NCBI GenBank assembly: GCA_015709575.1
Contig: CP054190.1
Coordinates: 1,732,616 to 1,796,615, forward strand
Source of the DNA: Planctomycetia bacterium
GTDB lineage: Bacteria; Planctomycetota; Phycisphaerae; UBA1845; Fen-1342
Length of the DNA: 64,000 nt
Direction of reading: 5' to 3'
Below, piece after piece: positions 51,986 through 62,051 of the stretch. Positions within the stretch are counted from its first letter, which is position 1; the number at the start of each line of letters is the position of its first letter. The position numbers and the translations under genes are program-made. The notes beneath the pieces were generated by a model that was not told where the DNA came from, made no database searches, and saw nothing but the letters and a program-made list of their open reading frames with translations.

Positions 51986-53068
51986 ATGCCGCTCATGCCT
52001 GCCCGTTTCGGACTGCACTACCCGCTGTGGAGCCACGGCCGCCACTCCGGCGACCTGCTGGATCGCGCCTGTGGCGAGATGGGCATCGACCATCTGACGA
52101 TCCCGGTCGTGACCGGCCCGATGTGCCAGTTCCGTCCCGCGTGGTTTGCCGGGGAGCCTTATTTTCACACTGAAGGCGGCCTGCACTTCCGCCCCGATGC
52201 GCGGCGCTACACCGTTGCCGGGGCGCGGCCGCGCATGGCCCGCTGGCTCGGGCAGCGGGCGCTGTTGGAGGAAGTGTGTGAGGACGCGCAGCGCCGCGGA
52301 CTTGCGGTCTGGTTCTGGGTGGAATTGCGCCGAGCGCCCTCGCTGTTCGAGCCGGAGCCGCACCTCGCGCAGCGCTCCGCCTGGGGGGATCCCGCGCATC
52401 CGCCGTCCGCGTGCATTTCGAACGCCGCCTTTCGCGAATTGCTCCACGCCGTCCTTTCGGATCTCGAAACGCGCGCACCGCACGGCTTCGCACTGCATGA
52501 CCTGGCGCTGGATGACCTGCAGCCGATCCCCGATTCCGCCCGCGGGACGGCCTCAATCTGCTTTTGTCCGGCGTGTCGGGCCGTGGCCGTTGAGCACGGC
52601 GTGGATGCGGAGGCTGCCGCTCGGGCGGCGCAGGTAACGCTGCGCAGCGCTCCGGATTGGCGCACCGCCCGCACGGACGATCCCCTGGTCGAGCAATACG
52701 CGGCGGTGCGTCTTGCAGCTTGCGCGGCCGCGCTTCACCGGTTAATTGAGCCGCTTGGGAGCGGTCGCTGCCTTGTACCCGCTGACCGCCTGCAGCGCAG
52801 CGCCTCCGCGTCGCCCGCAGGCTTTCCTCTCTGTGGCGCGTCGGGGACGCGCGCTTCGCCCCCCCACGGCTCGGCCGTCTACCTGCCGCATGCGCGCTTT
52901 CGGTGCCGGACGCCTGTCGATGATCGCGAGGCGCAAGCGCTCGTCCGCGATGTGAACGAAGCCGCCGCCGGCAGCGGTGCGATCGATTTTTACGACCTCG
53001 AAGAGGCTCATCCGGGCATGGTAGACGTGCTTCGGCAGGCGGTTCGCTACGCTCGCCGCGGTCCGTGA
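51986..53068 (+). CDS. Hypothetical protein (possibly glycoside-hydrolase-like TIM-barrel; unassigned)
   Basis: It has a coding-like composition and no recognisable catalytic motif. Segments such as GIDHLTIPVV, GLAVWFWVEL and ICFCPAC vaguely recall GH-like DUF families. Confidence 0.4.
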   Translation: MPLMPARFGLHYPLWSHGRHSGDLLDRACGEMGIDHLTIPVVTGPMCQFRPAWFAGEPYFHTEGGLHFRPDARRYTVAGARPRMARWLGQRALLEEVCEDAQRRGLAVWFWVELRRAPSLFEPEPHLAQRSAWGDPAHPPSACISNAAFRELLHAVLSDLETRAPHGFALHDLALDDLQPIPDSARGTASICFCPACRAVAVEHGVDAEAAARAAQVTLRSAPDWRTARTDDPLVEQYAAVRLAACAAALHRLIEPLGSGRCLVPADRLQRSASASPAGFPLCGASGTRASPPHGSAVYLPHARFRCRTPVDDREAQALVRDVNEAAAGSGAIDFYDLEEAHPGMVDVLRQAVRYARRGP

Positions 53069-53070
53069 GC

Positions 53071-54177
53071 CTACTCGAAGTGCGGAAAGGGCTTCATCAG
53101 GCCGCCGAGCCGCGGCTTCAGATCCGGCGCCAGATCAACGAACGCCGACCAGTCGTAGCGCAATGTGCACACGCCGTGGCGGAATCCCTGCGGGTCGATC
53201 TGCGGGGACTCGCCCAGGTGCTCCTGCAGCAGCCAGAGCGGAAAATCCGCGCCCGCCGCGATCGCAAGCGGCGCACCTCCGCCGAAGCGCGGATTGATCT
53301 CGATGAAGCGGATTGCTCCGTCCGCGGTGCGAATGCACTGCAGGGTCACGACTCCGCGCAGACCGCCGCCCAATGCCTTCGCCACGCGCATTCCGGCGTC
53401 CATGATCGCGGAATCGCGCACAACGACGCCCTTACTCACTTCTCCGCCACGCACCTGCCATCGCAGCCGCGGCACGACGCAGCGCGCTTCTCCGCTAAGC
53501 CCGACATAGACATCCAGCGTGAATTCCTCGCCGGCGACGAACTCCTGCACGATCGGCGAGCGGCCCTTGGCCAGGAAATAGGCGAGATCGGTGGGGTCAT
53601 CCGCGCGATGGGCGCTCTCACTGGCGCTGCCGAAGCGCGGTTTCACAAAGCAGGGAAAGCCATGTTGCGGCAACGCCCCTAGTTGCTCGGGCGTCTGGGT
53701 GCGCGGCGTGTCGATCCCGTGGCGGGTCAGGAACTCGAACGTTCGCAGCTTGTCCCGGCAGGTTTCGATCACTTCCGGCGGGCCGATCAACGGGATGCCG
53801 CCCGCCGCGATCAGCGCATCGCGCCCCCGGCTGATGACGCCCAGGTCGGTGTCGGTGGTCGGCAGCACCAGGCCGCCGCCGGTGCGCTGCAGCAGTGCGG
53901 TCAGGTGATCGAGGTAGTCCGGCTCATCCGCGCGCGGGACGATCTCTGCCACGTCGGCGCAGTGCAATCCCGGGGCCGTGGCGTCGCGATCCACGGCGGC
54001 CACGCGCAGCGGCACGCCCAGCCGCGCTGCGGCGGCACGAAACGCCTGCATCAGTTCGATTCGGCGACCGACGCAGGTGAAGAGGATCGTCAGCGGCTCC
54101 GCGGAGCGCGCACGTGTCATCCGTTCGGTCCCGCGGAGGCAGACCCGTCCGTCCGGCGCGCCGCGCGCCGCTGACAC
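53071..54177 (-). CDS. ATP-grasp domain enzyme (carbamoyl-phosphate-synthase-L-like/PylC-like ligase)
   Basis: ILFTCVGRRIELMQAF...DKLRTFEFLTRHGIDTP...FPCFVKPRFGSAS...IVQEFVAGEEFTLDV...FIEINPRFGGG is the ATP-grasp signature. Confidence 0.78.
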   Translation of the reverse strand: MSAARGAPDGRVCLRGTERMTRARSAEPLTILFTCVGRRIELMQAFRAAAARLGVPLRVAAVDRDATAPGLHCADVAEIVPRADEPDYLDHLTALLQRTGGGLVLPTTDTDLGVISRGRDALIAAGGIPLIGPPEVIETCRDKLRTFEFLTRHGIDTPRTQTPEQLGALPQHGFPCFVKPRFGSASESAHRADDPTDLAYFLAKGRSPIVQEFVAGEEFTLDVYVGLSGEARCVVPRLRWQVRGGEVSKGVVVRDSAIMDAGMRVAKALGGGLRGVVTLQCIRTADGAIRFIEINPRFGGGAPLAIAAGADFPLWLLQEHLGESPQIDPQGFRHGVCTLRYDWSAFVDLAPDLKPRLGGLMKPFPHFE

Positions 54178-54322
54178 CGGGTGAAAAGCCGTCGCTCCAG
54201 TAGCTTCGCCGATGAACGGGTCGAAAGCAAACCGAGCTGCACCTTCGGCCAGGGATCTCGCCGTCGCGGGTTCCGGCTTCTACAATGCCAGCGGGACTGG
54301 TCCCATATTTCGAGGATATGCG

Positions 54323-54511
54323 ATGAAGACACGAATCATGGCCGCTTGGACGCGCCTCGCGGCGGCGGGCGGGTCGTTGTTGTTCCTGGGCAGTTGCGGG
54401 CTAAGCGACCAGCAGATTCAGCAGGTATGGCAATCCGTGATCACGAGCGCCCTCACCAGCTCGGTTAACGTTTTCGTCAGCGCGCTGGGGCAGGCTGCCG
54501 GGGGCGGATGA
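54323..54511 (+). CDS. 62-aa lipoprotein, function unknown
   Basis: MKTRIMAAWTRLAAAGGSLLFLGSCGLSDQQIQQVWQSV... contains a lipobox. GAGG lies upstream of ATG 54323. Confidence 0.55.
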   Translation: MKTRIMAAWTRLAAAGGSLLFLGSCGLSDQQIQQVWQSVITSALTSSVNVFVSALGQAAGGG

Positions 54512-54806
54512 ACCCCGATCGTGCGGTTCCGAGTCTGAATGCCTGGACGTCGCTCCAGCGCGTTCCCGCTGCACGGTCGTGGCGCTTTGGTTTAGACCGT
54601 AGCGATGGCGGTCGAGCGACCGGCAGCCGGCTTCCATGATGGGAGGCGCGCTGGCGACCCCTCCGATCGGCCGGTTTGGTCGCGGCCGCGTTCCTTCTCT
54701 GCCGGTAACTGCCGGCGCCGCCATGTGCCTTCGATGCAGCCCCCTTATTGCCTGGGGACGAGGACGGCGTACGTATTGCAGTGATTCGTTGACGGGAGTG
54801 GCTGGT

Positions 54807-55868
54807 ATGGCTGTGTTATTGAATGGCGGTCGGGTTCTGGCGATGCTGGCGGCGGGCGTGATGTTGCTCGGCGCCGGCGGCTGTGGCGGCGGCGGCAGCG
54901 GCGTGACCGTGCTGGTGAACAAGCCGGACTGGTCCTACGAACGTTACCAGCGCATCGCCGTGCTCGAGACGCGCTGCAGCGACCCACGGGCGCGCTCGCA
55001 TGCCGACCACCTTACCGCCAGGCTCACGGAGATGCTCGCGAACAATGGCACCTTCACCGTTGTGGAGAAGGAGCGCTTTCGCGACCTGATGACCGAGCAG
55101 GATCTCTCGCGGCTGGCCGACGTCGCCAATCCCGATTCGGCCCTGCCCGAAGGCGCGATTGAAGTGGCGCAGGTGCTGGTGCTGCCAGCGCTCACGACGT
55201 TCGACCTGAAGGCCACGCGCGTCGATCGGCGACAACCGGTTTACCAGATGGATCGGCATGGGCGGTTGGTGCAGACTGGTGAGCGAATCGTTCCGGAGTT
55301 TACCCACGGGGCGCGCGTGTCGGGCACGGTGCGCGTGGTGGACGCCGCCACCGGACGGACGCTGACGAGCCACACCGTTACGAACCTGGGCGATGAGCGC
55401 TCTCGCAGTAACCGCCCGCCGGACGTTTCGCCCGAGGACATCGCGACTGCCGCGGTGGACGAAATGGCGGTGGAGTTTACCCGCCGAATCGCGCCGACGC
55501 AGGTGGAGGTCGAGTTTGATACGGACATGCTGATTGTAGCGCTGGAGTACCGCGACGGGCGCTACGCGACCGTGACGCGCGTGCCGTGGAGCGCGGAGCA
55601 GGTGATCGTTGCCGCGCGCGATTTGCCGCGTGAGTGCATGCGAAACGACTTCAAGCTGGAGTTGGAGACGCTGGAGGGTCGGCGGCTGCTCGGCGAGGCG
55701 TCCTTCACATGGAACGGTTCGGCCGGAAAGCGCGGCGAAGTGCTGATCGTGCCGGCCAAGGAGCTGCGCGACAGCGGCGAGATCGACTTCGTCGCCAAGC
55801 TCTTCGCCGCCGGCGACGACGAGCCGGTGCTGACGCGCGAGTTCGCCCTGATCCCGCCGAAGCAGTAG
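54807..55868 (+). CDS. Lipoprotein with CsgG/LpoB-like N-terminal half and an extra C-terminal domain
   Basis: The lipobox reads MLLGAGGC. RIAVLE...LTARLTEMLANNGTFTVVEKERFRDLMTEQDLS...VLVLPALTTFDL resembles CsgG-family lipoproteins. The assignment is tentative. Confidence 0.45.
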   Translation: MAVLLNGGRVLAMLAAGVMLLGAGGCGGGGSGVTVLVNKPDWSYERYQRIAVLETRCSDPRARSHADHLTARLTEMLANNGTFTVVEKERFRDLMTEQDLSRLADVANPDSALPEGAIEVAQVLVLPALTTFDLKATRVDRRQPVYQMDRHGRLVQTGERIVPEFTHGARVSGTVRVVDAATGRTLTSHTVTNLGDERSRSNRPPDVSPEDIATAAVDEMAVEFTRRIAPTQVEVEFDTDMLIVALEYRDGRYATVTRVPWSAEQVIVAARDLPRECMRNDFKLELETLEGRRLLGEASFTWNGSAGKRGEVLIVPAKELRDSGEIDFVAKLFAAGDDEPVLTREFALIPPKQ

Positions 55869-56084
55869 CGCATCCGGTGGCGCGTCACGAGCCACGGCGT
55901 TCGTTCTCGCGCCGCCCCGGTCGCGTTCTTGCAGATGGTGTTGTGAATTCGATAGAACTCGCGTTGCGCGCGTTGGAGTTCGGTGCTCATTCGTGCCTCT
56001 CGGTAATAAGCGCCAGCGTGCGGCTTCTCCCACTGATCAACAGAGTGATAGAGCCGTCATGACTGTGACCTTCGCCCCGTTCAG

Positions 56085-58031
56085 TTGCTCGCTGATCACC
56101 AGATGTCGGTGCAGACTGATGCGGAGAAAAGGCGCGCCGCGTCCGTGTCGGGGAGGGCGCCGTTTCGCGGCGAACAAGCTGCCCAAAGGCGCCGCATGAA
56201 GCCTCCGGACGCTTCCGAACACGAACGTGCGCCCGGCACTTCGGATCCGCCGATCGATCCCGGCGTGCTGGCGCTGGCGTCGTGCATTGATCGCTTCTTG
56301 CGCGAGCTGATCGCTCGTGACGCCGGGTTGCGCTTACTGCTTCCTTCTGTCGCGGACTATCTGCATCGTCTCGCCAAGGAGCCGGGCGACCGATCGGCGC
56401 AATCGGCGCCGGATTCCGTCGCTTCGGCGCTCGAAAATGCGGCTCATGCAACAACAGGCGCTCGAACCGCGACTGTCGAGCAGCTTGCGGCCGGCGCGCT
56501 GAGCGCGGTCGCGGCGAAGCTGATCGGGGCCAGCGAAGGCATCGCGGAGCGGGTGGCGGCTGCTTCCGGGGCAACCACCGAGGCGCAGGGCGCGGCGCGC
56601 GATGGCGGCTCAGGCGCGCTTCAGTCATTTCCAACCTCTGCACCCCTCCCCGGCACTGCACGCGCGACCTCGGTTGCCGCCGGGCCGCACGAGGTGCGAA
56701 TGGTGCCGCTGAAGCTCGGCTGGGGGCAGGTGGATGTGCCGGTTGTCGGGTCGGCGGCGGATGCGGCGCGGGCGGCCGCGGCGATTCAGCTTGTGGATCG
56801 CAATGCGCCGGGTTCGGCCGCGAGCGGCGAACCGCAGGCGGATATCGGCCTGATCGCGCGGCGCTGCCGCATCAAGGCGCGGGCGTGTGAACTGGTCATT
56901 CGACGGCTTGAACTTGAGCCGGGGACGGAGGGGTACGAGGCCGTGGACGGTGAGATCCGCGGGTTGATTGACCAGGCCAAGGCGCTGCCGCTGTGCTTCC
57001 TGTGGGCGCCCTATCGCCTGCAGGCACTGCCGCCGGTACCGGTGGTTCAAACGGCCGGACGGGCGTACGCCAATCTTGCGGCAGCAGCGGAGCTGATGGA
57101 GTTCATTGACAGGCAGGCGGGTGGCACGAGGTTTGTGACGGATGGCCTGCACCTGATGGCCGAGGCCCAATCGGCATTGCGCACCATCATGGCCCGCACC
57201 TGGCTCTCGCGTGACGAGCAGGATCAGCTCGATGCGTTCCTGTGGGTGCGCCGTCGGACGGCGGTGGACCAGGTGTACGTCGACCGATACATGCGGGCGG
57301 GCGATGCAGCTGATCCGGAGCAGCACGCGGCGCTGCAAGAGCGGATCGCGGCGCTACTGGAGCGCGTGCGATCCCTTGCGCAGCAGGGCAAGGCCGTCAC
57401 AGCGGTGGTGAACAAGCTGCGCTACCATGCCCGCAAGCTGGCGACGGACCCGGACGGAAGCGCGGAGACGGTCGCCGGCCTGCGGGCTGCTGCGGAGGTG
57501 GCGGAAGAGGCGGGAATGGCGCCGAATGACGCGCGTACACTCGAAGCGCTAGCGGCCGCGCTCCCTCAGATCGATCCCGAAACGGAGGAGAGCGGCTTTC
57601 TGGCGGAGGCGGCGCGGGCGGCACTGGAACGCAGTGGCCGTGCCGCTATCGGGCCTGTCGAACGAAGCTACAGCGCGAGCGTGCTTCGGGTTCGCGAGGC
57701 GCTGCGCGGCCGGACGGTCGTGATGGTCGGCGGAATGGTGTATCCGCACCAGCGGCGGCGGCTGATCGAGGCCTTCGAGCTGGCCGAGCTGAACTGGGTC
57801 GAGCAGACCGAGCACGCGACGAGTGAGCCGTTCGAAGCGCCGATCGCGAGAAGCGAAACGCATCTGGTGCTGTCGCTGGTGAAGCTCACCGGGCACCAGC
57901 ATCTGGATGATGTCCGCCGCTGGACCCGGAAGTATGAGAAGCCGCTGGTGCTGCTGAAGGCGGGTTACAGTCCGGAGCAGGTGGCGGCGGCGGTGCTGGA
58001 GCAGGCCAGCGAGGCGCTGGGGATCGAGTAG
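56085..58031 (+). CDS. Large helical hypothetical protein with DUF2325-like C-terminal domain
   Basis: The C-terminus reads RGRTVVMVGGMVYPHQRRRLIEAFELAELNWVEQ...THLVLSLVKLTGHQHLDDVRRWTRKYEKPLVLLKAGYSP, resembling DUF2325. The start is uncertain: TTG 56085, ATG 56103 or ATG 56196. Confidence 0.45.
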   Translation: MLADHQMSVQTDAEKRRAASVSGRAPFRGEQAAQRRRMKPPDASEHERAPGTSDPPIDPGVLALASCIDRFLRELIARDAGLRLLLPSVADYLHRLAKEPGDRSAQSAPDSVASALENAAHATTGARTATVEQLAAGALSAVAAKLIGASEGIAERVAAASGATTEAQGAARDGGSGALQSFPTSAPLPGTARATSVAAGPHEVRMVPLKLGWGQVDVPVVGSAADAARAAAAIQLVDRNAPGSAASGEPQADIGLIARRCRIKARACELVIRRLELEPGTEGYEAVDGEIRGLIDQAKALPLCFLWAPYRLQALPPVPVVQTAGRAYANLAAAAELMEFIDRQAGGTRFVTDGLHLMAEAQSALRTIMARTWLSRDEQDQLDAFLWVRRRTAVDQVYVDRYMRAGDAADPEQHAALQERIAALLERVRSLAQQGKAVTAVVNKLRYHARKLATDPDGSAETVAGLRAAAEVAEEAGMAPNDARTLEALAAALPQIDPETEESGFLAEAARAALERSGRAAIGPVERSYSASVLRVREALRGRTVVMVGGMVYPHQRRRLIEAFELAELNWVEQTEHATSEPFEAPIARSETHLVLSLVKLTGHQHLDDVRRWTRKYEKPLVLLKAGYSPEQVAAAVLEQASEALGIE

Positions 58032-58088
58032 CGGCGCTTCGAGGCCGAGCTGGATCGGGGGCGGGTGCGAGATCGGAAAGCGCGGAGG

Positions 58089-58499
58089 CTATTTCAGCCG
58101 CTCGAGCCGCCCCTTGCGCTTCACGATGTTCTTGTAGTCCCACTGGATTCGGACCGATTTCTCGATCCAGCGCTTGAGGTCTTTCACCGGGATTTCGTCG
58201 GCGGACGTGTAGCGCGCCTCGGCAGCTTTGAAGCTCCCCTCGGGCGCAAGCCCCGGCTCATCAAACGACTGGCCGCTCCAGAACAGCAGGCGGACGCAGC
58301 CCTTGAGCTTGCTGTAGCCGACGATCGGGTTGCCGTCGATGAACCAGACCGGATGTCGGTGCCAGATCTTTCGCGCCACTACGCCCTCGGCCTTCGCCGA
58401 CAGGTGTGGGTCGATCGTCGCGGCGAGCGCGTCGCAGATCCGCCGATCCTCGGCGGATTGGGCGGCGTGATATGCGAGGATGTCCTCGGGCAGGGTCAT
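58089..58499 (-). CDS. DUF1801 (YdhG-like) domain protein
   Basis: RKIWHRHPVWFIDGNPIVGYSKLKGCVRLLFWSGQSF... is typical of DUF1801. Confidence 0.7.
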   Translation of the reverse strand: MTLPEDILAYHAAQSAEDRRICDALAATIDPHLSAKAEGVVARKIWHRHPVWFIDGNPIVGYSKLKGCVRLLFWSGQSFDEPGLAPEGSFKAAEARYTSADEIPVKDLKRWIEKSVRIQWDYKNIVKRKGRLERLK

Positions 58500-58547
58500 C
58501 GTGTCAATCCTTCGTTCGTGAGCGGCGCGACGCGCCGCCGGCTTGGA

Positions 58548-60308
58548 TCACGCCTGGCGCGGTCGTCGCAGCAGCGCAAGCGGCGCGAGCGCGAGCATCG
58601 GGAGCAGGAAGCAGGGCGGCGGCGCCGGCGCATCGAGTTTCGCCGAATAATAGTCGCCGACTGCCGAGCCGCCCTCGACCAATCGCTCCGGCGCTGCGCC
58701 GCGCAATCGGAACGATACTTCGCCGGCGGCATTGACTTCGATCACGGCATAGCCCACGCGATTCGGCTCCACGAGTTGCAGCCGGTTGGCGGACGTGATG
58801 AGCGCGGCGAACGCCGACTCGGCGAACCCGGCGAAGACGCCCGCCCGCGGCGCGCCGATCAGCCCAGACACCACCTCATCCGCGCTTTGCCGGGCGGTTT
58901 CATTACCGATCGGGCCGACAATCAACTCGGGGATCCGCACACGCCCGCGCAGGCCGTACTCCGGCCGCTGACGGCGGAAGAAGTGCGTGACATCCGGGTT
59001 GTACAGGTTGGCGTGAATGTCGGTTGTCAGGATCACGACGCCGCTGATCGCGTTCGAGTCGATGAAATGCAGGATCATGCGCCGCTCGCGGTCATATCCG
59101 TCCCAGCGGTCGTACGGGGCGACGCCGAGGTAGGTCATCGGCACGTTGTTCACGATGAATTTGACCTTCGCCGTGGACTCGCGCAGCCCGGCCAGGAGCC
59201 ATTCCAACTGCTTCGACCCGAGCATGGTCCGCGGGTCATCCAGCGAGTCGGAGCAGTCGCCGTCGCGCAGCAGCGGACCACCGACAAACCCCTGCGGATC
59301 CACCGCGCCGCCGCAGTCGGCTGCGGCTGACGGCTCTCGATATTGGCGACCGTCGAGCAGAAAAAACTCGGCCGTCGCGCCGAAGCGCATGCGGCGGTAG
59401 GTGCGGAATGGGTCGGTCGGCTCAGACGCGGGCGAGATCGGCAGATACTCGAAGAATGCGCGATACGCGGCGTCGCGCCGGGCGCGCGAGAGCAGCGGGT
59501 CCGCCCCGGCATAGTCGTTGAACAGCTCGTGATCGTCCCAGCCGACCACCAGCGGCAGCGCCGCAAGCGCGGCCTGCACCGACGAATCACCGAGCATCTG
59601 GGCGTACTTCCGGCGGTAGTCGTCGAGCGTCTGCGCAACCCCCAACCCGCCCGACGGCACATCGGCGTAGATCGTGTCGCCGAACCACAGAAACAGGTCG
59701 GCATCCTCGCGCGCGATGGCGTCGAAGGCGATCATGGGGGCGCTTGCATAGTTCGAGTCGCCGGAAAATACGAACCGCAGCGGTGCGACGTCCTCGGGCG
59801 ACGGGGCCGTGCGGAAGGTGCCGACAGGGCTGCGCTGCGAATCTCCCTCGGCCTCAAAGGCGTACCAGTAGCGCGTGCGCGGTGACAGGCCGTCCACGAA
59901 CTCGGAGAGCGTCCGGTCACGGTCCAGGCTGCTGTTCACGCTCCGCGACAGCAGGATGTGCGTGAACTCGGGGTCGCGCGCGATCCGCAGTGTGACGCCG
60001 CCGGCAGCCGGCGCTCGGGTCCACAGCACGGCCGACGTGTGCGTCACGTCCCCGCAGGAAACGCCGCTATCGAAGCCCTGTGCGCGCAGCGTCACGGTGC
60101 AGCAGGCTGCGACAAGAACCGCCAGCAGGGCGCAAGGCGGCGCAACCGGGCGCAGTCGGCGCTGTTTCAGCGGCGTCCGCCGAGCGATGTTCGCCGGCCG
60201 CGCGCGCGCGGAGTGAGAGTCGTGGAGGGATTCGGTTGTGGTGGGTCGCTGCGCGACAGCCGGTGGGGGCGTCATGGTCGCTCCGGGGCAATGTGATGGA
60301 CCGCGCAC
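58548..60308 (-). CDS. phoD: PhoD-family alkaline phosphatase/phosphodiesterase with PEP-CTERM-like C-terminal tail
   Basis: GVSCGDVTHTSAVLWTR...RYWYAFEAEG...GTFRTAP...FVFSGDSNY...FLWFGDTIYAD...GWDDHELFNDY. The N-terminus has an RR-containing signal. The C-terminus reads PAPPPCFLLPMLALAPLALLRRPRQA. Confidence 0.85.
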   Translation of the reverse strand: MRGPSHCPGATMTPPPAVAQRPTTTESLHDSHSARARPANIARRTPLKQRRLRPVAPPCALLAVLVAACCTVTLRAQGFDSGVSCGDVTHTSAVLWTRAPAAGGVTLRIARDPEFTHILLSRSVNSSLDRDRTLSEFVDGLSPRTRYWYAFEAEGDSQRSPVGTFRTAPSPEDVAPLRFVFSGDSNYASAPMIAFDAIAREDADLFLWFGDTIYADVPSGGLGVAQTLDDYRRKYAQMLGDSSVQAALAALPLVVGWDDHELFNDYAGADPLLSRARRDAAYRAFFEYLPISPASEPTDPFRTYRRMRFGATAEFFLLDGRQYREPSAAADCGGAVDPQGFVGGPLLRDGDCSDSLDDPRTMLGSKQLEWLLAGLRESTAKVKFIVNNVPMTYLGVAPYDRWDGYDRERRMILHFIDSNAISGVVILTTDIHANLYNPDVTHFFRRQRPEYGLRGRVRIPELIVGPIGNETARQSADEVVSGLIGAPRAGVFAGFAESAFAALITSANRLQLVEPNRVGYAVIEVNAAGEVSFRLRGAAPERLVEGGSAVGDYYSAKLDAPAPPPCFLLPMLALAPLALLRRPRQA

Positions 60309-60369
60309 TGTAACCGCGGCGGTGCGGGCCGCCCAACCGGCGCGGCGCTGCGCTTATGATGCCGCCGCC

Positions 60370-62022
60370 ATGAACGAGCGGCGCACGGTACTTTCCTCAG
60401 CCCGACGGATTGCCGCGTGCACGCTGGCCTCGCGGGTTACGGGGATGGTCCGCGACGTGCTCCTGGCCCAGACGTTCGCGCTCTCGTGGGTCCAAGACGC
60501 CTTCTCCTACGCCTTCACAATTCCCAACCTGTTCCGCCGACTCTTTGGTGAGGGCGGGCTGGCGCCGGTGTTTGTGCCGCGCTTCACCCGCGCTCTGGAG
60601 CAGGACGGGCGCGAAGCCGCGGTGCGCCTGTTTCACCGGGCGCTGGCGGTGTTGACGGTGACGCTGGTCGCCGTCGTGATGCTGCTGGAGGTTGTGATCC
60701 TGGGGGTCTGGCTGCTCGGTGGCGGCGGGGACGGAAGCGCGGCGCGCGGCCTGCTGCTGGGGCTTTCGGCGCTCACGCTGCCCTTCATGGTCAGCATCTG
60801 CGTGCTCTCACTGCTGGCGGCGCTGCTCAATTGCGTCGGCAGCTTTGTGCCGGCGGCCGCCGCGCCGATCGTCTTGAATCTGTTCATGATCGCGGGAATC
60901 GCGTGGGTGGGGCCGGCGCTGGGCGGAAGCGCGCCGGAACGGCAGGTGTACTGGGTTGCCGCGATGGTGCTGGCCGGCGGTGTGGCGCAGGTATTGATGC
61001 TGCTGCCGGTGTTGCGCCGGCGCGGCGTGCCGATCGGCTGGCAGTGGGCGCCGCGCGATCCGGCCGTCGCGGGCATGATGAAGATGATGGTGCCGATCGC
61101 CCTGGGACAATCGGTGCTGGCGCTGGGCGTGTTCATCGACAGCCAGCTTTGTGTCCTGCTGACGCGCACGGCGGGCAGCGCGGTGGGGATTGAGTGGTTC
61201 GGCGGGCGGGTCGATTATCCGCTGGAGGAGGGCGCGCTGTCTGCGCTGAGCATCGCCCAGCGCTTGTACCAATTTCCGCTGGGGGTGCTGGTGATTTCGA
61301 TCGCGACGGCGGCGCTGCCGGCCTTTTCGCGCCACGCGGTTCGCGAGGATTGGCGCGCCTGGGGCGGCGAGGTGCGCCAACTGCTGCGAATGGCCATTTT
61401 TGAGGGACTGCTCGCCGGCGCGATGATGGTGGCGATGGCACCGCAGCTCATCCGCCTGCTGTTCGAGTACCGCAACTTCGACGCGGCCGACACGCAGCGC
61501 ACCGCCGTGGTGCTGGCGTGGTACGGCCTGGGAATGTGGGCGTTCTGCGCACAGCACATCGTTTCGCGGGCGTTCTACAGCCTTGGCGACGCGGTCACGC
61601 CGCTGCGGATCAGCGCCGCAGTGCTGCCGCTGAACGTGCTGCTGAGTCTGTCGCTGGTGTGGGTGCCCGGTCTGCGCGAGGCGGGGTTGGCGGTGTCGTC
61701 GGTCATTTCATTCGGATTGGCGGCGATTGTCGGGTTGCTGCTGCTCGCGCGGCGGCGGCGCGACGCGCGGATCGGCGATGGGCTGGCTTCGGCGCTGGTG
61801 CGGATGATCGCGTGCGGGGTGATCGCCGGCGGGGCGGTGTGGGCGGCTGCCCCAGCGGCCGGTCGCATGGCGGAAGCGGCGATGGGTGCGGGCGTGTGGG
61901 GGCGCTGCGCGGAGACGTTCGGGCTGTTGGCCATTGGGGGGGGCGTGTACCTGTCGGCGGCGGTGCTGCTGCGACTGGAGGAGGGGATCCGCCTGCTTCG
62001 GGTATCGCGAGCGCGCCGCTGA
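60370..62022 (+). CDS. murJ: Lipid II flippase MurJ (MviN)
   Basis: ASRVTGMVRDVLLAQTFALSWVQDAFSYAFTIPNLFRRLFGEGGLAPVFVP plus about 14 TM helices. I place the start at ATG 60370. The track start 60238 overlaps the divergent phoD. Confidence 0.9.
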   Translation: MNERRTVLSSARRIAACTLASRVTGMVRDVLLAQTFALSWVQDAFSYAFTIPNLFRRLFGEGGLAPVFVPRFTRALEQDGREAAVRLFHRALAVLTVTLVAVVMLLEVVILGVWLLGGGGDGSAARGLLLGLSALTLPFMVSICVLSLLAALLNCVGSFVPAAAAPIVLNLFMIAGIAWVGPALGGSAPERQVYWVAAMVLAGGVAQVLMLLPVLRRRGVPIGWQWAPRDPAVAGMMKMMVPIALGQSVLALGVFIDSQLCVLLTRTAGSAVGIEWFGGRVDYPLEEGALSALSIAQRLYQFPLGVLVISIATAALPAFSRHAVREDWRAWGGEVRQLLRMAIFEGLLAGAMMVAMAPQLIRLLFEYRNFDAADTQRTAVVLAWYGLGMWAFCAQHIVSRAFYSLGDAVTPLRISAAVLPLNVLLSLSLVWVPGLREAGLAVSSVISFGLAAIVGLLLLARRRRDARIGDGLASALVRMIACGVIAGGAVWAAAPAAGRMAEAAMGAGVWGRCAETFGLLAIGGGVYLSAAVLLRLEEGIRLLRVSRARR

Positions 62023-62051
62023 GAGCGGGCGGCCCGGTCGCTTTCGCCACG

